NCBI GenBank assembly: GCA_965207885.1
Contig: OZ242311.1
Span: 5,120,001-5,184,000, forward strand
From: Candidatus Latescibacterota bacterium
Lineage (GTDB): Bacteria > Latescibacterota > UBA2968
Reading direction: 5' to 3'
Length of the DNA: 64,000 nucleotides
The translations under genes were made by a program, and so were the position numbers. The stretch's first letter is position 1; each line of letters begins with the position of its first letter. Shown in pieces: positions 18,436-30,000 of this stretch. The notes beneath the pieces are model-generated. The model was not told the DNA's origin. It worked only from the letters and a program-made list of their open reading frames with translations, and ran no database searches.

Positions 18436-20178
18436 ATGGATCAAGAACTCATGAGCAACGAAGAAAATTACTGTTTTGATATAGCTGGCTACCTTCATGT
18501 ACCGGGCGTATTGAACCGCGGCGAAGTCGTGCAACTGAACCAGACCATTGACAAAGCCGATCAACTATCGGGCATGCTGGGATGGGAAGGCGAATTGAAA
18601 GAACCATTCAGGGAACTGCTCGTCCATCCGCACCTGGTGTGGTATCTCAATCAAATTGTAGGAATCGGCTTCCGCCTGGACCGCGAGCCTGAAATCTTGT
18701 GCGATGCAACCTGCGACACCACAGCACCACTAACAGGCGGCAACGAACCGAGAATGCCGGGCATTGCGTATTACCACCAGAACGACCGGCGTTATTGCGA
18801 AGGCGTGCGCGTAATCTGGGCACTGGAAGACGTGAACGAAGGAGATGGCGGCTTCGTACTCCTGCCCTGCTCGCACAAAAGCAATGTGGCATCGCCAGAA
18901 GACATAACCACGGGCGAAGACGACATGGGCCTGACATACCAGCCCGTTCTGAAGTCGGGTGATCTCCTGATAGTAGCACTATCCTCATTACAGGGAATGC
19001 GCCCGTGGCAGGGAGACGGACAGCAGCGACTCCTCTCTTATGAATACGTGGGCAGAGGCGTGATCCGATCTGCAGGAACAGGCCCACAGGCAGAGGAAGA
19101 ACCACACCCGGAATGGCACGACGCTTTAAGTGAAGAACAGCGTGCATCGCTTTACAAGCCCGGTTACAAATCCACGACACCTGCGCCGACCATTGTCACG
19201 GATGGAAAAACGGTAAAGATGGACGAATCGCGCGAGGTATTTCATCCCTCAATTTACAAACTGGACCCGGACTCGGGGATTGATTACAAAGAATTCTATT
19301 TCTGGGACTTGAACGGATATCTGGTACTCCGCGGCGTAATGGACGAAGAATGGCTGGCAGCGGCCAACGAGACCATCGACAAATTTGAGGACCGCATCGT
19401 AGTAGGCGAAGAACTCGCGCGAGGATCGAAAAGCCTGGCTGGCACAGGGCGACCTCTCCTCTCTGGATTGCTCGAATTGCCAGAACCGTATTGCGACCCA
19501 TTCCGGCAAATGATTGCACACCCAGTGGTCGAGCATCGCTTGAACTGGATGGGCGCCAGCGGGGGGCGGTGCGGAGGCGCCACGGCATTCTGCTCAGTCC
19601 TGGGCGGTAGCGGACACTCGCTCCACAGCAACAACGAACCCCTCTATCCACCGATGGGCTATGTGTTTCAAAACGGGCGCAGTTACGATCAAGCAGTAAC
19701 CGTGGCCTGGCAACTTCGAGACGTGGAACCCGGTCTGGGCGGATTCGCCTGCGTACCGGGCAGCCACAAAGCGTTTTATCCCATGCCGCCGGGCATCCGC
19801 ACCTGCGACGATGATATGGGGCTTGTGGTGCAGCCAGCGATGAAGGCGGGCGACGTGCTCTTTTTTGGGGATGGGGCGACGACCCACGGTGCTCTCGCCT
19901 GGAAAAACCCCATCTCGAGACGGGGCATCCTGATCAAATATACATCCCGGAACTTCCACCGCAGTGGAGGCGACATGGTGCATCCAGAGAGCCGATGGGG
20001 CGACCTGATAGCGGGCATGACCGATGCACAAATCGCCGTAATGAGAGGACCGGACCGAGATGTGGGCACAAATAATGTACCCCGTTTACAGGTGGAAAAC
20101 GGACAGGTAGCGGTATCCTACGAGCGGGGAAGCGCGCTCTACAGCAAAGAGGCGCCCACGGGCCCATTGGCGAAGTAG
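18436..20178 (+). CDS. Tandem two-domain PhyH-family protein
   Basis: Two repeats: FDIAGYL...PCSHKS and WDLNGYL...VPGSHKA...THG. Confidence 0.8.
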   Translation: MDQELMSNEENYCFDIAGYLHVPGVLNRGEVVQLNQTIDKADQLSGMLGWEGELKEPFRELLVHPHLVWYLNQIVGIGFRLDREPEILCDATCDTTAPLTGGNEPRMPGIAYYHQNDRRYCEGVRVIWALEDVNEGDGGFVLLPCSHKSNVASPEDITTGEDDMGLTYQPVLKSGDLLIVALSSLQGMRPWQGDGQQRLLSYEYVGRGVIRSAGTGPQAEEEPHPEWHDALSEEQRASLYKPGYKSTTPAPTIVTDGKTVKMDESREVFHPSIYKLDPDSGIDYKEFYFWDLNGYLVLRGVMDEEWLAAANETIDKFEDRIVVGEELARGSKSLAGTGRPLLSGLLELPEPYCDPFRQMIAHPVVEHRLNWMGASGGRCGGATAFCSVLGGSGHSLHSNNEPLYPPMGYVFQNGRSYDQAVTVAWQLRDVEPGLGGFACVPGSHKAFYPMPPGIRTCDDDMGLVVQPAMKAGDVLFFGDGATTHGALAWKNPISRRGILIKYTSRNFHRSGGDMVHPESRWGDLIAGMTDAQIAVMRGPDRDVGTNNVPRLQVENGQVAVSYERGSALYSKEAPTGPLAK

Positions 20179-20196
20179 ATACACAGGTGTTTTGCC

Positions 20197-22623
20197 ATGA
20201 ATATCTCGAAATTTGGCTGGCATATCGGGTGCATTGCACTCGTCCTGATTTTTGGAATATTCTGGCCTGTTGTACCAATTTGGGCTGATCCTTCTGCTGC
20301 GGATTCTCTCTATCTCCTGGGTAATCAGGCACTCAAAGCAGGAGAAATAGACCGCGCAAAAATTTTGTTTGAGCAATCTCTACAAGCAAACAAAAAACAC
20401 GCCCCAACCCACTGTGGATTGGGGCATGTATATCTGACCCAGGATCAGATTGGCAAAGCCAGAAAAGCCTTTCGAAATGCGGAAAAATACCAGCGAAAAA
20501 TGCCCGAAGCCTACTTTGGCATGGGCCTGGTCTATGCCCGTGAGAAAGGCCAGTGGGTGCGTGCCATTGATTATTTTTGCCGCGCCCTGGCCGAAAAGCC
20601 CGACTATGTAGAAGCCCAATACCACATCGGCCTGACGCATCTGAATCTCATGAATCGCGATGCCATCAGAGCTTTCGAACAGGTGGTCGAGATGGACCCA
20701 GACCATCCAGATGCGTATTACCGCCTGGGCTTTATGTATGAATACGATCTACTAAAAAAAGAAGGCGCAATAGAATATTACGAAAAACAACTGGCCGTCA
20801 ATCCCGCACACAAAGACGCCATGTGGCGACTGGGACAACTCTACCGCACCCTATCGCGCACGGATCAGGCCGCCCGCACCCTATCGCGGCTCATGCAGAC
20901 TCAGGGCACAAACCAGCGGCAATACATGCTGGAACTCGCCGAAGTCTATCTGGAACGAAAAAATTACGAAAAAGCCGAAACCCTCTTCGAAACCTATCTG
21001 GCTGGCCTGAGCACCAGAGAGCGGATGCCTTATGAAGATATTTCTCTGTTTGTCTCAGAAAGGGAAACAGAGGCATTTAAGCAGGCAAAGGACAGACAAG
21101 TACTTCTGCAGCAATTCTGGAAACGCCGAGACCCCACACCCATTACAGACGTCAACGAGCGGCGGGTCGAACACTTCCGCCGGGTAGCTTATGCGCGGGA
21201 GCATTTCGGATCGGCGGTTTTTCCGTGGGATCGACGGGGCGAAATCTATGTGCGCTACGGCACGCCATCCCACAAAAGCGCGTCCGGGGATCGGCTGCGC
21301 GAATCCCATCCCGAAGACTGGGCTGTCAAGCAGAGGCTATTAGACCGCGTAGATTGGGCAGCCGAAATACTGCTATCGGACTACGCCGCTGATAGCGACA
21401 GTGCCAATGTGACCCACCGCGGAACTGGCGCAGAACGGGCACAACGCCAACTGGAAAGGCAATTCCAGCGGCTGTACAGCCGATCATCCGAGCGAAATCA
21501 GAAAAGCGAACAGATCCGAAAACGAGCCGAATCCGCGATGGCCGTGGGGGGACTGGGTGCATTCCTGGGACGACCCATCTTCCCGATCCAGGATCGCCGG
21601 GCGTGGGAATACTGGATCTATCCGGGGTTGGGAGAAGGCGTGGAAATCGCGTTTCGCCAGATGCCCGGCGCGCCCGATGGCGTTTTTGACTACGCCGTAT
21701 TGCCTGCGGAAATGGCGACCAAAATGCGCCACCTGTGGGGACCTCTCATCCCCGAACAAATTATAAGCCAGGCTCCCAGAGAAATCTATGTACCGGCATT
21801 TCTCGCCGAACCCCTGTATTACGCGGCCTATCCCGCCACATTTCGAGGACTCGGCGACAGCACGCGCGTGGAAATCTACTACGGATTTCCCGCCTCCGCA
21901 TTGACGCGAGAGGAAGGGGATGTTCGGATAAACCGGGGAGCCGTTCTCTACAATGCAAAAGGCGACCCGGTATTCAAGGTGGCAAACCGCGCCGTATTTC
22001 GGGTAGATGGAAAAACCGGGATCATTCCCGATGTAATCGCACTGGATGTAAAACCTGGATCGTACTACCTCGCCGTGCAAGCCATCGAAGAGCGGTCTGG
22101 ACGCACGCAGGTCTATGGCATGCCCTTGCGGGTCCCGTCTTATCGGCACGGCAAACTCAGGCTAAGCGATATCGAAATGGCGGCGTCAATTGAACAGACC
22201 ACCGGAAAAGGACATTTTGTCAAACAAAATTTGGAAGTCATCCCGCTGGCCACGCGGCATTATACACAGCGGCATCTGGTCTATCTCTACTACGAAATTT
22301 ACGGACTGAGCCAGGATGCATTCGGACAGACGGACTACCAGATATCCTACCGCTTAAAGCCGCGTTCCGGTCAGTCGTTTGGCGCAAAAGTACTCAGTGG
22401 CCTGGGAAAACTGGTGGGCATAGACCAGAACGAAGAACAAATTGCGATTTCTTATGACCAGACAGGCGATGCCGACAACGTGGTCAACTATCTGGCACTT
22501 GACCTATCTGGTTCCGAGCCGGGAGAATACGTCATTGAGGTCGCTGCAATGGACCGCAGAGACGGGCAAAAAGTGACCAAAGCAGCGACCTTTAAATTGG
22601 AAACACCCGACGAGATCGAGTGA
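20197..22623 (+). CDS. Secreted TPR + GWxTD-like domain protein, paralog 3
   Basis: Signal peptide, multiple TPRs, and FWKRRDPTP...NERRVEHFRRVAYA..HF....WDRRGEIYVRYG. Confidence 0.8.
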   Translation: MNISKFGWHIGCIALVLIFGIFWPVVPIWADPSAADSLYLLGNQALKAGEIDRAKILFEQSLQANKKHAPTHCGLGHVYLTQDQIGKARKAFRNAEKYQRKMPEAYFGMGLVYAREKGQWVRAIDYFCRALAEKPDYVEAQYHIGLTHLNLMNRDAIRAFEQVVEMDPDHPDAYYRLGFMYEYDLLKKEGAIEYYEKQLAVNPAHKDAMWRLGQLYRTLSRTDQAARTLSRLMQTQGTNQRQYMLELAEVYLERKNYEKAETLFETYLAGLSTRERMPYEDISLFVSERETEAFKQAKDRQVLLQQFWKRRDPTPITDVNERRVEHFRRVAYAREHFGSAVFPWDRRGEIYVRYGTPSHKSASGDRLRESHPEDWAVKQRLLDRVDWAAEILLSDYAADSDSANVTHRGTGAERAQRQLERQFQRLYSRSSERNQKSEQIRKRAESAMAVGGLGAFLGRPIFPIQDRRAWEYWIYPGLGEGVEIAFRQMPGAPDGVFDYAVLPAEMATKMRHLWGPLIPEQIISQAPREIYVPAFLAEPLYYAAYPATFRGLGDSTRVEIYYGFPASALTREEGDVRINRGAVLYNAKGDPVFKVANRAVFRVDGKTGIIPDVIALDVKPGSYYLAVQAIEERSGRTQVYGMPLRVPSYRHGKLRLSDIEMAASIEQTTGKGHFVKQNLEVIPLATRHYTQRHLVYLYYEIYGLSQDAFGQTDYQISYRLKPRSGQSFGAKVLSGLGKLVGIDQNEEQIAISYDQTGDADNVVNYLALDLSGSEPGEYVIEVAAMDRRDGQKVTKAATFKLETPDEIE

Positions 22624-22630
22624 GGACACC

Positions 22631-25246
22631 ATGAAAAAATGCGTTCGGTTTTTTGCAATTCGACTGATTCCCATATACCTCGTCCTGATTGCAAGCGGGG
22701 CAAAGGCAGAACAGCCCTTCATAACCCTGATGACCCGGTCGGATTCTCTGATACTGGCTGCTGATGTGCGGATTGAGATGGACAGTGCGCGACACGCAAT
22801 AGACCTGTTGCAGGAAGCTGTACACCTGGACCCGGAATTGGCCGAAGGCTACGCCCGCCTGGGCACGGCATATCTGGAATCCCGCGAGCGAAAAAAGCAA
22901 TGGAAAAAAGCCAGACAGGCATTTGAAAAGGCACTGAGCTTAAATCCAGACCTCGTAGAAGCGCACGACGGACTGGGGCAGATCGCGCTCTATCAGAAGG
23001 AAGATATCCACGGAGCACGGGCACATTTTGAAAAAGCCATCGCTCTCGCCCCCAAATCGCAGAAAATACGCTATCACCTTGACCTCGTGCGACTCCTGCA
23101 AGAGGATCGGTCTTTGAAACGGGCATCCGAACGGGCACTTGAGCGCGACTCGACGGATGTCGCAGCCTGCAAAATCATGGCGAAACACCATGAAAAAAAG
23201 GATGAGTGGGGCCGGGTAATCAACCTATACGAGCGCAGTGTGCGACAGGCCCCCGAAGACCTGGATGTCGCCTATCAGTTGGGCGTAATTTACGCCACGA
23301 ACGGACGCTTTGCCGAGTTGCGAGACCTGCTGGTCTATTTGAGTAATACAGTCGAAACGCGCCGTTTTTTGCCCCTGATAGCCCAAGTCTTTCTCCATGA
23401 AGGCGATGGCGAACGGGCCGTACGCATCTTTCGCAACTACATCACCCTTCTCGATGCCGCAGAGGCGGCACTCTACCGGGACATCTCCCTTCTGGCCTCC
23501 ATACCCGAACTGGAATCCTATGCCAGAGTCACATCGGCTATAGAGCGCGAAGCCTTTCTGCGCCGCTTCTGGATTCGGCACGACCTATCGCGCGTATCCG
23601 GTGGATTTTTGCGCCAGGCAGAACACTACCGCCGGGTCTGGCACGCGCGCGCACATTTTTCAAAAGCGATATATCCCTGGGATCGCCGAGGCGAAGTGTA
23701 CATCCGTTACGGTGAACCCGATTATCGGTCAACATCCGACCGCCTGAATGCCGACATGCCAGCCAAGGCACAGCGCATCAAAGAGCGAATGGCTGTAGAT
23801 CTCTACGGACCGGACGCCGTGGGCGAATTTTTCACAGGACCGGTATATCCCGTTCGGAGCAACCGCGCTTTCAGCGTCAAAGCACCCGATCCCCAGGACC
23901 TGGGTTTGACCTCGGACGAGATCCAACTCATATTTTTACTCGAAGACGCCCAGGATGCCGAACGCACCGAATTGTCGGAACGGGCACAGGCTGCAGACGC
24001 GGGCGAAGGCGACCAGGTGACCCGAATAGAGGATCAAGAACAAACCCTGGCCGCGCTGGGCGATGTGAACACGGGTGATCTGAGCTTCTCGCCGTCGCGG
24101 GTGCGCCAGGAGCGGTTTGTCGAGCAGTCAATGGGACTATTCATGCCCGTAACCAACCGCGAAGACGCCAGCATAGTACCCTGGGAATCATGGGTATATA
24201 CCATGGTCGCTGAGGGCCTGGAGGTCACATTTACCGACGAGTATTTTCAGGGCAATTTCGAGTTTGCACCCGTACCCACGCATGTACCCAACGAATTAAA
24301 AGAGCGCTATGTCGAGGTGCGAGACCTCACGGATTTTCTGTACCATTCACCAGAACTGGTCGTAAACAAAATGGCCGGACGGATACCCGACTTTCACGAC
24401 TTTGCCCGGGGCGCCCAGCCCCTGGATTTCTGGTACCGCACAGCCAGCTTTAAAGGAAAAGACGGCCGCACACGCCTGGAAATCTACAGCGGTATCCCGC
24501 CGGATTCGCTGCTCAAAAAACAGGAGGGCACATGGGTCATGCGCAGTGCGGCACTAACAGATCCCGCAGTGGATCAAACCTACCGGGACGAACGAAAATT
24601 TTTCCTCGATGAAACCTTTTTACAAACCTCAGTCGATACATCTCGGGGATGGCAAAATCTGGTACTGGATATAGCCGCCATAGAAGCACCGCCGGGAACC
24701 TATGAACTCGGCCTGCGGGTTCGGGAGGCGGAAACGCGGCGGTTTCAGATCTACCAACAACAGATAATATTGGAAGACTATTCCAGGACCGACTTGAACT
24801 TGAGCGACATCGAGTTGGCCTGGTCAATCTCAGATGAGACACCATCAGAAGGTGTTTTTGTCAAACAGGGATTGAACATAATGCCCATGTCGGTATGGGC
24901 ATTCCCGGAAAAACATCCGGCCTTTCTCTATTTTGAAATCTATCATCTGAGCAGAGATGAATTTGGACAAACGCACTACCGCGTGACCTATGACATCCAA
25001 TCCAAAGATCAGAAGAGCCGGGGTGCCCGTGTCCTCGCCGGACTGGGTCGCCTGCTGGGAAAAGAGGAAGGAAAACAAGGGGTGAGCGTAACCTATGACC
25101 AGATTGGAAATACCACAGACGGTCTCTCTTATGTGGAGCTAAATCTCGACGGAGCGGGGAAAGGCGACCATGAGGTGCAGGTAACCGTAGAAGATCTGGT
25201 AAGCGGCGTGCAGGTGAGGAAAAAAACGACCTTTGGGATTCGATAA
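22631..25246 (+). CDS. Secreted TPR + GWxTD-like domain protein, paralog 4
   Basis: TPRs and FWIRHD...EHYRRVWHARAHF...WDRRGEVYIRYGEPD. Shares the C-terminal YFEIY.L..D.FG.T.Y motif. Confidence 0.8.
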   Translation: MKKCVRFFAIRLIPIYLVLIASGAKAEQPFITLMTRSDSLILAADVRIEMDSARHAIDLLQEAVHLDPELAEGYARLGTAYLESRERKKQWKKARQAFEKALSLNPDLVEAHDGLGQIALYQKEDIHGARAHFEKAIALAPKSQKIRYHLDLVRLLQEDRSLKRASERALERDSTDVAACKIMAKHHEKKDEWGRVINLYERSVRQAPEDLDVAYQLGVIYATNGRFAELRDLLVYLSNTVETRRFLPLIAQVFLHEGDGERAVRIFRNYITLLDAAEAALYRDISLLASIPELESYARVTSAIEREAFLRRFWIRHDLSRVSGGFLRQAEHYRRVWHARAHFSKAIYPWDRRGEVYIRYGEPDYRSTSDRLNADMPAKAQRIKERMAVDLYGPDAVGEFFTGPVYPVRSNRAFSVKAPDPQDLGLTSDEIQLIFLLEDAQDAERTELSERAQAADAGEGDQVTRIEDQEQTLAALGDVNTGDLSFSPSRVRQERFVEQSMGLFMPVTNREDASIVPWESWVYTMVAEGLEVTFTDEYFQGNFEFAPVPTHVPNELKERYVEVRDLTDFLYHSPELVVNKMAGRIPDFHDFARGAQPLDFWYRTASFKGKDGRTRLEIYSGIPPDSLLKKQEGTWVMRSAALTDPAVDQTYRDERKFFLDETFLQTSVDTSRGWQNLVLDIAAIEAPPGTYELGLRVREAETRRFQIYQQQIILEDYSRTDLNLSDIELAWSISDETPSEGVFVKQGLNIMPMSVWAFPEKHPAFLYFEIYHLSRDEFGQTHYRVTYDIQSKDQKSRGARVLAGLGRLLGKEEGKQGVSVTYDQIGNTTDGLSYVELNLDGAGKGDHEVQVTVEDLVSGVQVRKKTTFGIR

Positions 25247-25301
25247 GAGGGAGATGTTTTACTTATTAAAAAAATAAGTAATATTATATCGAGTTCATAG
25301 T

Positions 25302-25997
25302 CTATGAACCACCAAACGCAGTGACAAAGAGTAAAAAGTCAAACATATCAACGGTCCCGTTGAGATTCATATCTGCCAGCACATTGTATTTGGCATCTCC
25401 CGACCGGGTATTAAACGCAGCAACAAAGAATAAAAAGTCGGCCATGTTGACAATCTCGTTACCGTCAAAATCACCGGGAAAAGGGGGAATTTCCATAAAG
25501 GATATTGCCGCGCCGGATGCATCCATATCTTGAATCCCATCCCCGTTTGCCCATGCCGCTGCTTGAATAATGAGAACAATATCTGAAGTTAGCGGATGTG
25601 CTACGTTCAGTGTAATCTGGCCTAAGTACCCGTTCGCCGGAATCGTTACCGTGGCGAGAGATAGCATAGCTAAGGTCGGATTGCCCGACCTGGCACGAGC
25701 AAGGCGCATATTTTTTTCAGTCCATCCAATTCCGTTGATATCGCCGATATAACTGTCAAACGCTTTGCCCGGCAAAGCCAGTTCAACGACGTAACCGTGG
25801 CTCTTTTGCCCTGCAGCATCAGGCGCAAAAATCTGAAATTTGATGGTATCACCCGGTTGTTTCTCTGTCAACTCCTGTAAGTTATTGTTATACGCGGGAT
25901 TTTCAATCAGCGTATCGACATAAAGCCGTGGAGGATCGGCCGAAGAAGGAGGAGTTACAAAAACCAATAACGCAAATACGACAAGCACCCAAGGCAT
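25302..25997 (-). CDS. Secreted beta-sandwich (cohesin-like) protein with C-terminal dockerin/EF-hand-like repeat
   Basis: Signal peptide. Duplicated GDFDGNEIVNMADFLFFVAAF / ADMNLNGTVDMFDFLLFVTAFG. Confidence 0.65.
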   Translation of the reverse strand: MPWVLVVFALLVFVTPPSSADPPRLYVDTLIENPAYNNNLQELTEKQPGDTIKFQIFAPDAAGQKSHGYVVELALPGKAFDSYIGDINGIGWTEKNMRLARARSGNPTLAMLSLATVTIPANGYLGQITLNVAHPLTSDIVLIIQAAAWANGDGIQDMDASGAAISFMEIPPFPGDFDGNEIVNMADFLFFVAAFNTRSGDAKYNVLADMNLNGTVDMFDFLLFVTAFGGS

Positions 25998-26097
25998 GTT
26001 CGAATCTCCTGAACTGGTAGTGGGTGCTCTGATTCCCTTTTATTTATATACTGAAATCATAAGCAAATGCAAGCACTTTTACTTATGCTAATTTCCG

Positions 26098-26162
26098 TTC
26101 TGCCAAATGGCAGAATTTTTTGTATCGAAACCGCTTGACATCTGAGTACAGGCGTTTATATT
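26098..26162 (+). promoter_or_regulatory. Sigma70 promoter of the TonB operon with an upstream palindrome
   Basis: TTGACA (26135)-16 nt-TATATT (26157). Inverted repeat TTCTGCCA-AA-TGGCAGAA at 26098-26115. Confidence 0.6.
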
Positions 26163-26305
26163 TTGGCAAGGCTAATACTTACAATTACTATGATCATCAT
26201 TCTTATTTATATTTAAGTTTTACTTTTAGTGGCTATAAAAATAAATAGTGTTCCTCAGCAATTAACCCCATTCTCATTGAGTGGGCGTCACAAGGAGGGT
26301 TGCGT

Positions 26306-27049
26306 ATGAAACGAGGGATAATTTCTGTAGTTTGTTTGATGTTCTTCGCGCTGCCGGGCAATAGCTATGGCGATGCCCATGGGCAGGACACGGGCGTGGT
26401 GGGAAAAGTTGGCCTGGGTTTGAGCGGCAACTTCAACTTCCCCGTATTCGGCATGAGTGATCGTTTCCGCGCACAGGAAGCATTCGGACTGTATTTCACC
26501 TATGCGCGGGATGCGCGCAATACCTTAGAGGTGGAATTTCACCGCACGCGCTTTGATCCCGGCAAAATTCAAGAAGCGACTTTTTACTGGCCCGAAGACA
26601 AGCCGGAAGAGTGGCAGAAAATCACAAGTCCGCTGGCGCGCAATTACATGACAGTCAATGCGTTTACGATCAACGGCCTGTATCACCTGAAAGCGCGAAC
26701 AGGTGGTTCGGATGGCGTGACCGGAGGTCCTTTCATCGCCTATGGCGGTGGATTTTACCACTACAAAAACTCGGTAGCGGGCCTGATCTTTGCAGGACAA
26801 CCGAACCTGGGCGGGGGGATCGATCCGACATTGGAACTGGCGCCATTTGACGATACGGATGTGGCGTGGGGGCTCAACGTGGGCTTAGGTGTGGAGGTAT
26901 TGGCAGGTAGTCGCGCAGCGGTTGATGCGCGGGCGCGGTGGAACCTGCTGATCGGGGAATTGCGGCAGTTGGAGTCTTATGGCTTCGCGCGCACCTTTCC
27001 GCTGCACTATTTCGAGATCGGGCTTTCGGTCAAATACTACGTGATGTAA
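26306..27049 (+). CDS. Small outer-membrane beta-barrel protein
   Basis: Signal peptide, alternating amphipathic strands (PFIAYGGGFY, WGLNVGLGVE) and a C-terminal aromatic strand (IGLSVKYY). RBS AAGGAGG. Confidence 0.75.
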   Translation: MKRGIISVVCLMFFALPGNSYGDAHGQDTGVVGKVGLGLSGNFNFPVFGMSDRFRAQEAFGLYFTYARDARNTLEVEFHRTRFDPGKIQEATFYWPEDKPEEWQKITSPLARNYMTVNAFTINGLYHLKARTGGSDGVTGGPFIAYGGGFYHYKNSVAGLIFAGQPNLGGGIDPTLELAPFDDTDVAWGLNVGLGVEVLAGSRAAVDARARWNLLIGELRQLESYGFARTFPLHYFEIGLSVKYYVM

Positions 27050-27085
27050 TGTAATAAACAACCCTTTATGTAAGGAGGCATAGAG

Positions 27086-30000
27086 ATGATAAGAAAGTTA
27101 GCATTTTTGTCCGTTTTGCTGGTTTGTGTCCTGGGCGTGCAGGACTGGGCACAGGCGGCAACAACGGGTAAGATAGCTGGCAGGGTAATGGATACCAAAG
27201 GCGACCCATTGCCCGGTGCCAACGTCGTAATCACGGGAACAAACCGGGGTGCGACCGCAGATGCAGAAGGATATTATATCATCTTGCTGGTTCTGCCGGG
27301 AACACACAGCATGGAAGCCTCGCTGGTGGGGTACCAGAAGGTCGTACAGCAAGATGTAAAAGTGGTGGTGGGCTATACCTCCACAGTGGATTTCAACCTC
27401 ACCGAGACAGCACTGGAAGCCGCAGAACTGATCGTGACGGCAGAGCGTCCACCCGTAGAGCCGGACAAGACCGCGAGCAAATACTATGTAACGGCTGACG
27501 AGATCGACTTGCAGCCCGTGGTCAAAGATGCTCGGGCGTGGGCGGGCTTGCAGCCGGGCGTACAGAAAGACGGACGGTCAGTGCGGCAGGGCAACTTTCA
27601 AATGGACGAAGGCGAACGCCGTGCGGGCTGGTACACGACAACGCCAAAGCCCATTTCACTCACCTATACTGTTGACGGTGTGCGGATGGTGAATAATGAC
27701 CGCCGCGCGGCAAATATGTTCACGGGTGTGAACCGCGCATCGATCCAGGAAATCTCTGTGGTAACCGGTGTGCCAGAAGCCGAATACGGAAACATGGACG
27801 CCGGGATCATCAATATCGTGACGCGAGAAGGTAGCCGAGACTACCACGGATTCTTCGAGTATCGTTACACGGTTGCCGGAAAGCGGCATTACGGCTTCAA
27901 TGCCTATGACCCGATCATTCACCTGAACCAGGGCACGGGCAAGAGCCGCATCCGCCTGGACGATCCGGCCTGGTTGCAGGAAAAGGAAAATATTGGTTCC
28001 GATGGATTGCCCGGCACAGCGGATGATTCAGGACGCCTGGTGCATATCCAGCCAGACGATTACACAGATGTATCGGGGCATCGCCTCGAGGGATCCATTT
28101 CGGGTCCCATTGGGGACAAGACCTCGTTCCACGTGAGCGCGCAGACAAATCGACAACCCGTACAGCGTCCCGATCCCGCACTTCAAGGCCTGCCCAATTA
28201 TCAGGTGACGGGCAAGCTGACATTTGGCGTAAAGCCCAATATCAACCTGAAGGTGGGTGGTGTGTATGGAACGAACCAGAATTTCCGCAATACGCGAGAG
28301 TCGGCATTATCAGCCGGTCGAGACCTGTATTTGCCCATAGGTATGGATGGTGCGGGCAAAGAGATCGAATGGAACTCGATGTTGTACGCGTATTTGACGC
28401 ACTCCCTGTCTTCGCGCACCCTGTACGAGTTGCGTATCTCGCGTGCAGACAGCGAGCAGGACTCATTGGATATTCCTGTAGAAACGTTCAATGTGGTTCG
28501 GGACCACGACAGGTGGTTTACGGCAACACCGCGTCCGGTTCGGGACTTCCGATTGAATCGTCAGACGCGCAACAATTTGAAATTTGATTTCTCCAGTCAG
28601 GTTACAAAGGGAAATTTCTTTAAGGCAGGAGCCGAAGCAACGTGGTTCCAGACCTACCAGTGGGAATTACAGAGCCGTGGAAACCCGGGCAGTTATCGGC
28701 TATGGTCGATGTACGACTACTATGCATCGGCTCAGAATCGGTTGGGTGCAGATGGTCAGATGGACTACGTGCCCGTCACGACTGTGAACGGCGTCAAGCT
28801 GGCCGATATAAGCCGGGCCAGCAGTCTGGACGATCCGGCATGGAACGGCTACCGGGATTATCCGAGAAAAGCATTCCAGCTTGGAGCTTATGCACAGGAC
28901 AAAATGGAGTTTGAGGGGATGGTCGTAAACGTGGGCGTGCGCCTGGATGCGTTTGATCACGGCGGTCAGACGCGCCCCGAACCCGTGTGGTCGGTGCTGC
29001 CCCAAAACCGCTGGTTTTCCGATGCAGATGCGGCATTGGCGCGGCAGGGTCAAACGCCCTATCCCAACAATCCGCAGTCATTCCCGACTTATGATGGTCT
29101 AAATATGTTCAAACTGTCGCCGCGCTTCGGGGTATCTCACCCGATTACCGCGCGGTCTGCGATTCACTTCTCCTATGGCCGGTTCTTCGTCCTCCCGATT
29201 TTCTATGCGATGTACGGACAGACCTGGCAGGTGGCTTCGGGCCGAGGTATGTCCGAAGACTTGAACGCAGACGGCAGATACAGTTCTTATGAGTATTACG
29301 GCGGCCTGGAAATGGGTTCGACCAAGCGCGGATCGACAAATTCGCGTCCGGGCAGTACCGTGAACTACGAAGTGGGGGTCGATTGGAACTTTGTTTCGGA
29401 CTACACGGCCAATGCGACGATGTTCTACCGCCGCACAGAAGACTATCTCCAGCAGAACAACACCTTTTTGCACGATCCGGTAGAGAAGCAGATCAAGCGC
29501 GCGCACTGGTATCAGAACGCGTACAGCGGTGAAACGCGCGGCCTGGAATTGGCTGTGAGCAAGCGGTTCACCAACTTCTTCTCATTCCGCGCGACGTGGA
29601 GCTGGTATTGGGAGCAGAACAACTTCTACGGCGGTCGAGAGTGGGTAGGGCGCTGGTTCGTGGATTCGGACTTCCTGGCCAAGGATGCGTATCGCTTCAA
29701 GTTTGCAATCGACCAGACCACGGGTGAGCGCATCTGGCAACCCCTGTCGAGTGCCGAAGTCGATGCCATTGGCATGTTTGCCAACCAGTTGGTGCAGCAG
29801 GAAATCGACGCCAACCGGGAATTGTGGATCACCGAAAAATTCGCCAATCAGGTGCCGGATGCACAGGTTGGATTCCCCTGGACCAACGAGCGGAATATTG
29901 CGGCTCGGATACACACGATAGGGGGCGTGCGCGGTCCCGCCAACATGCGCGATGCCACGGGCGATGGAAGCATCACATTCTTATTTGCCACGCCCGAAGG

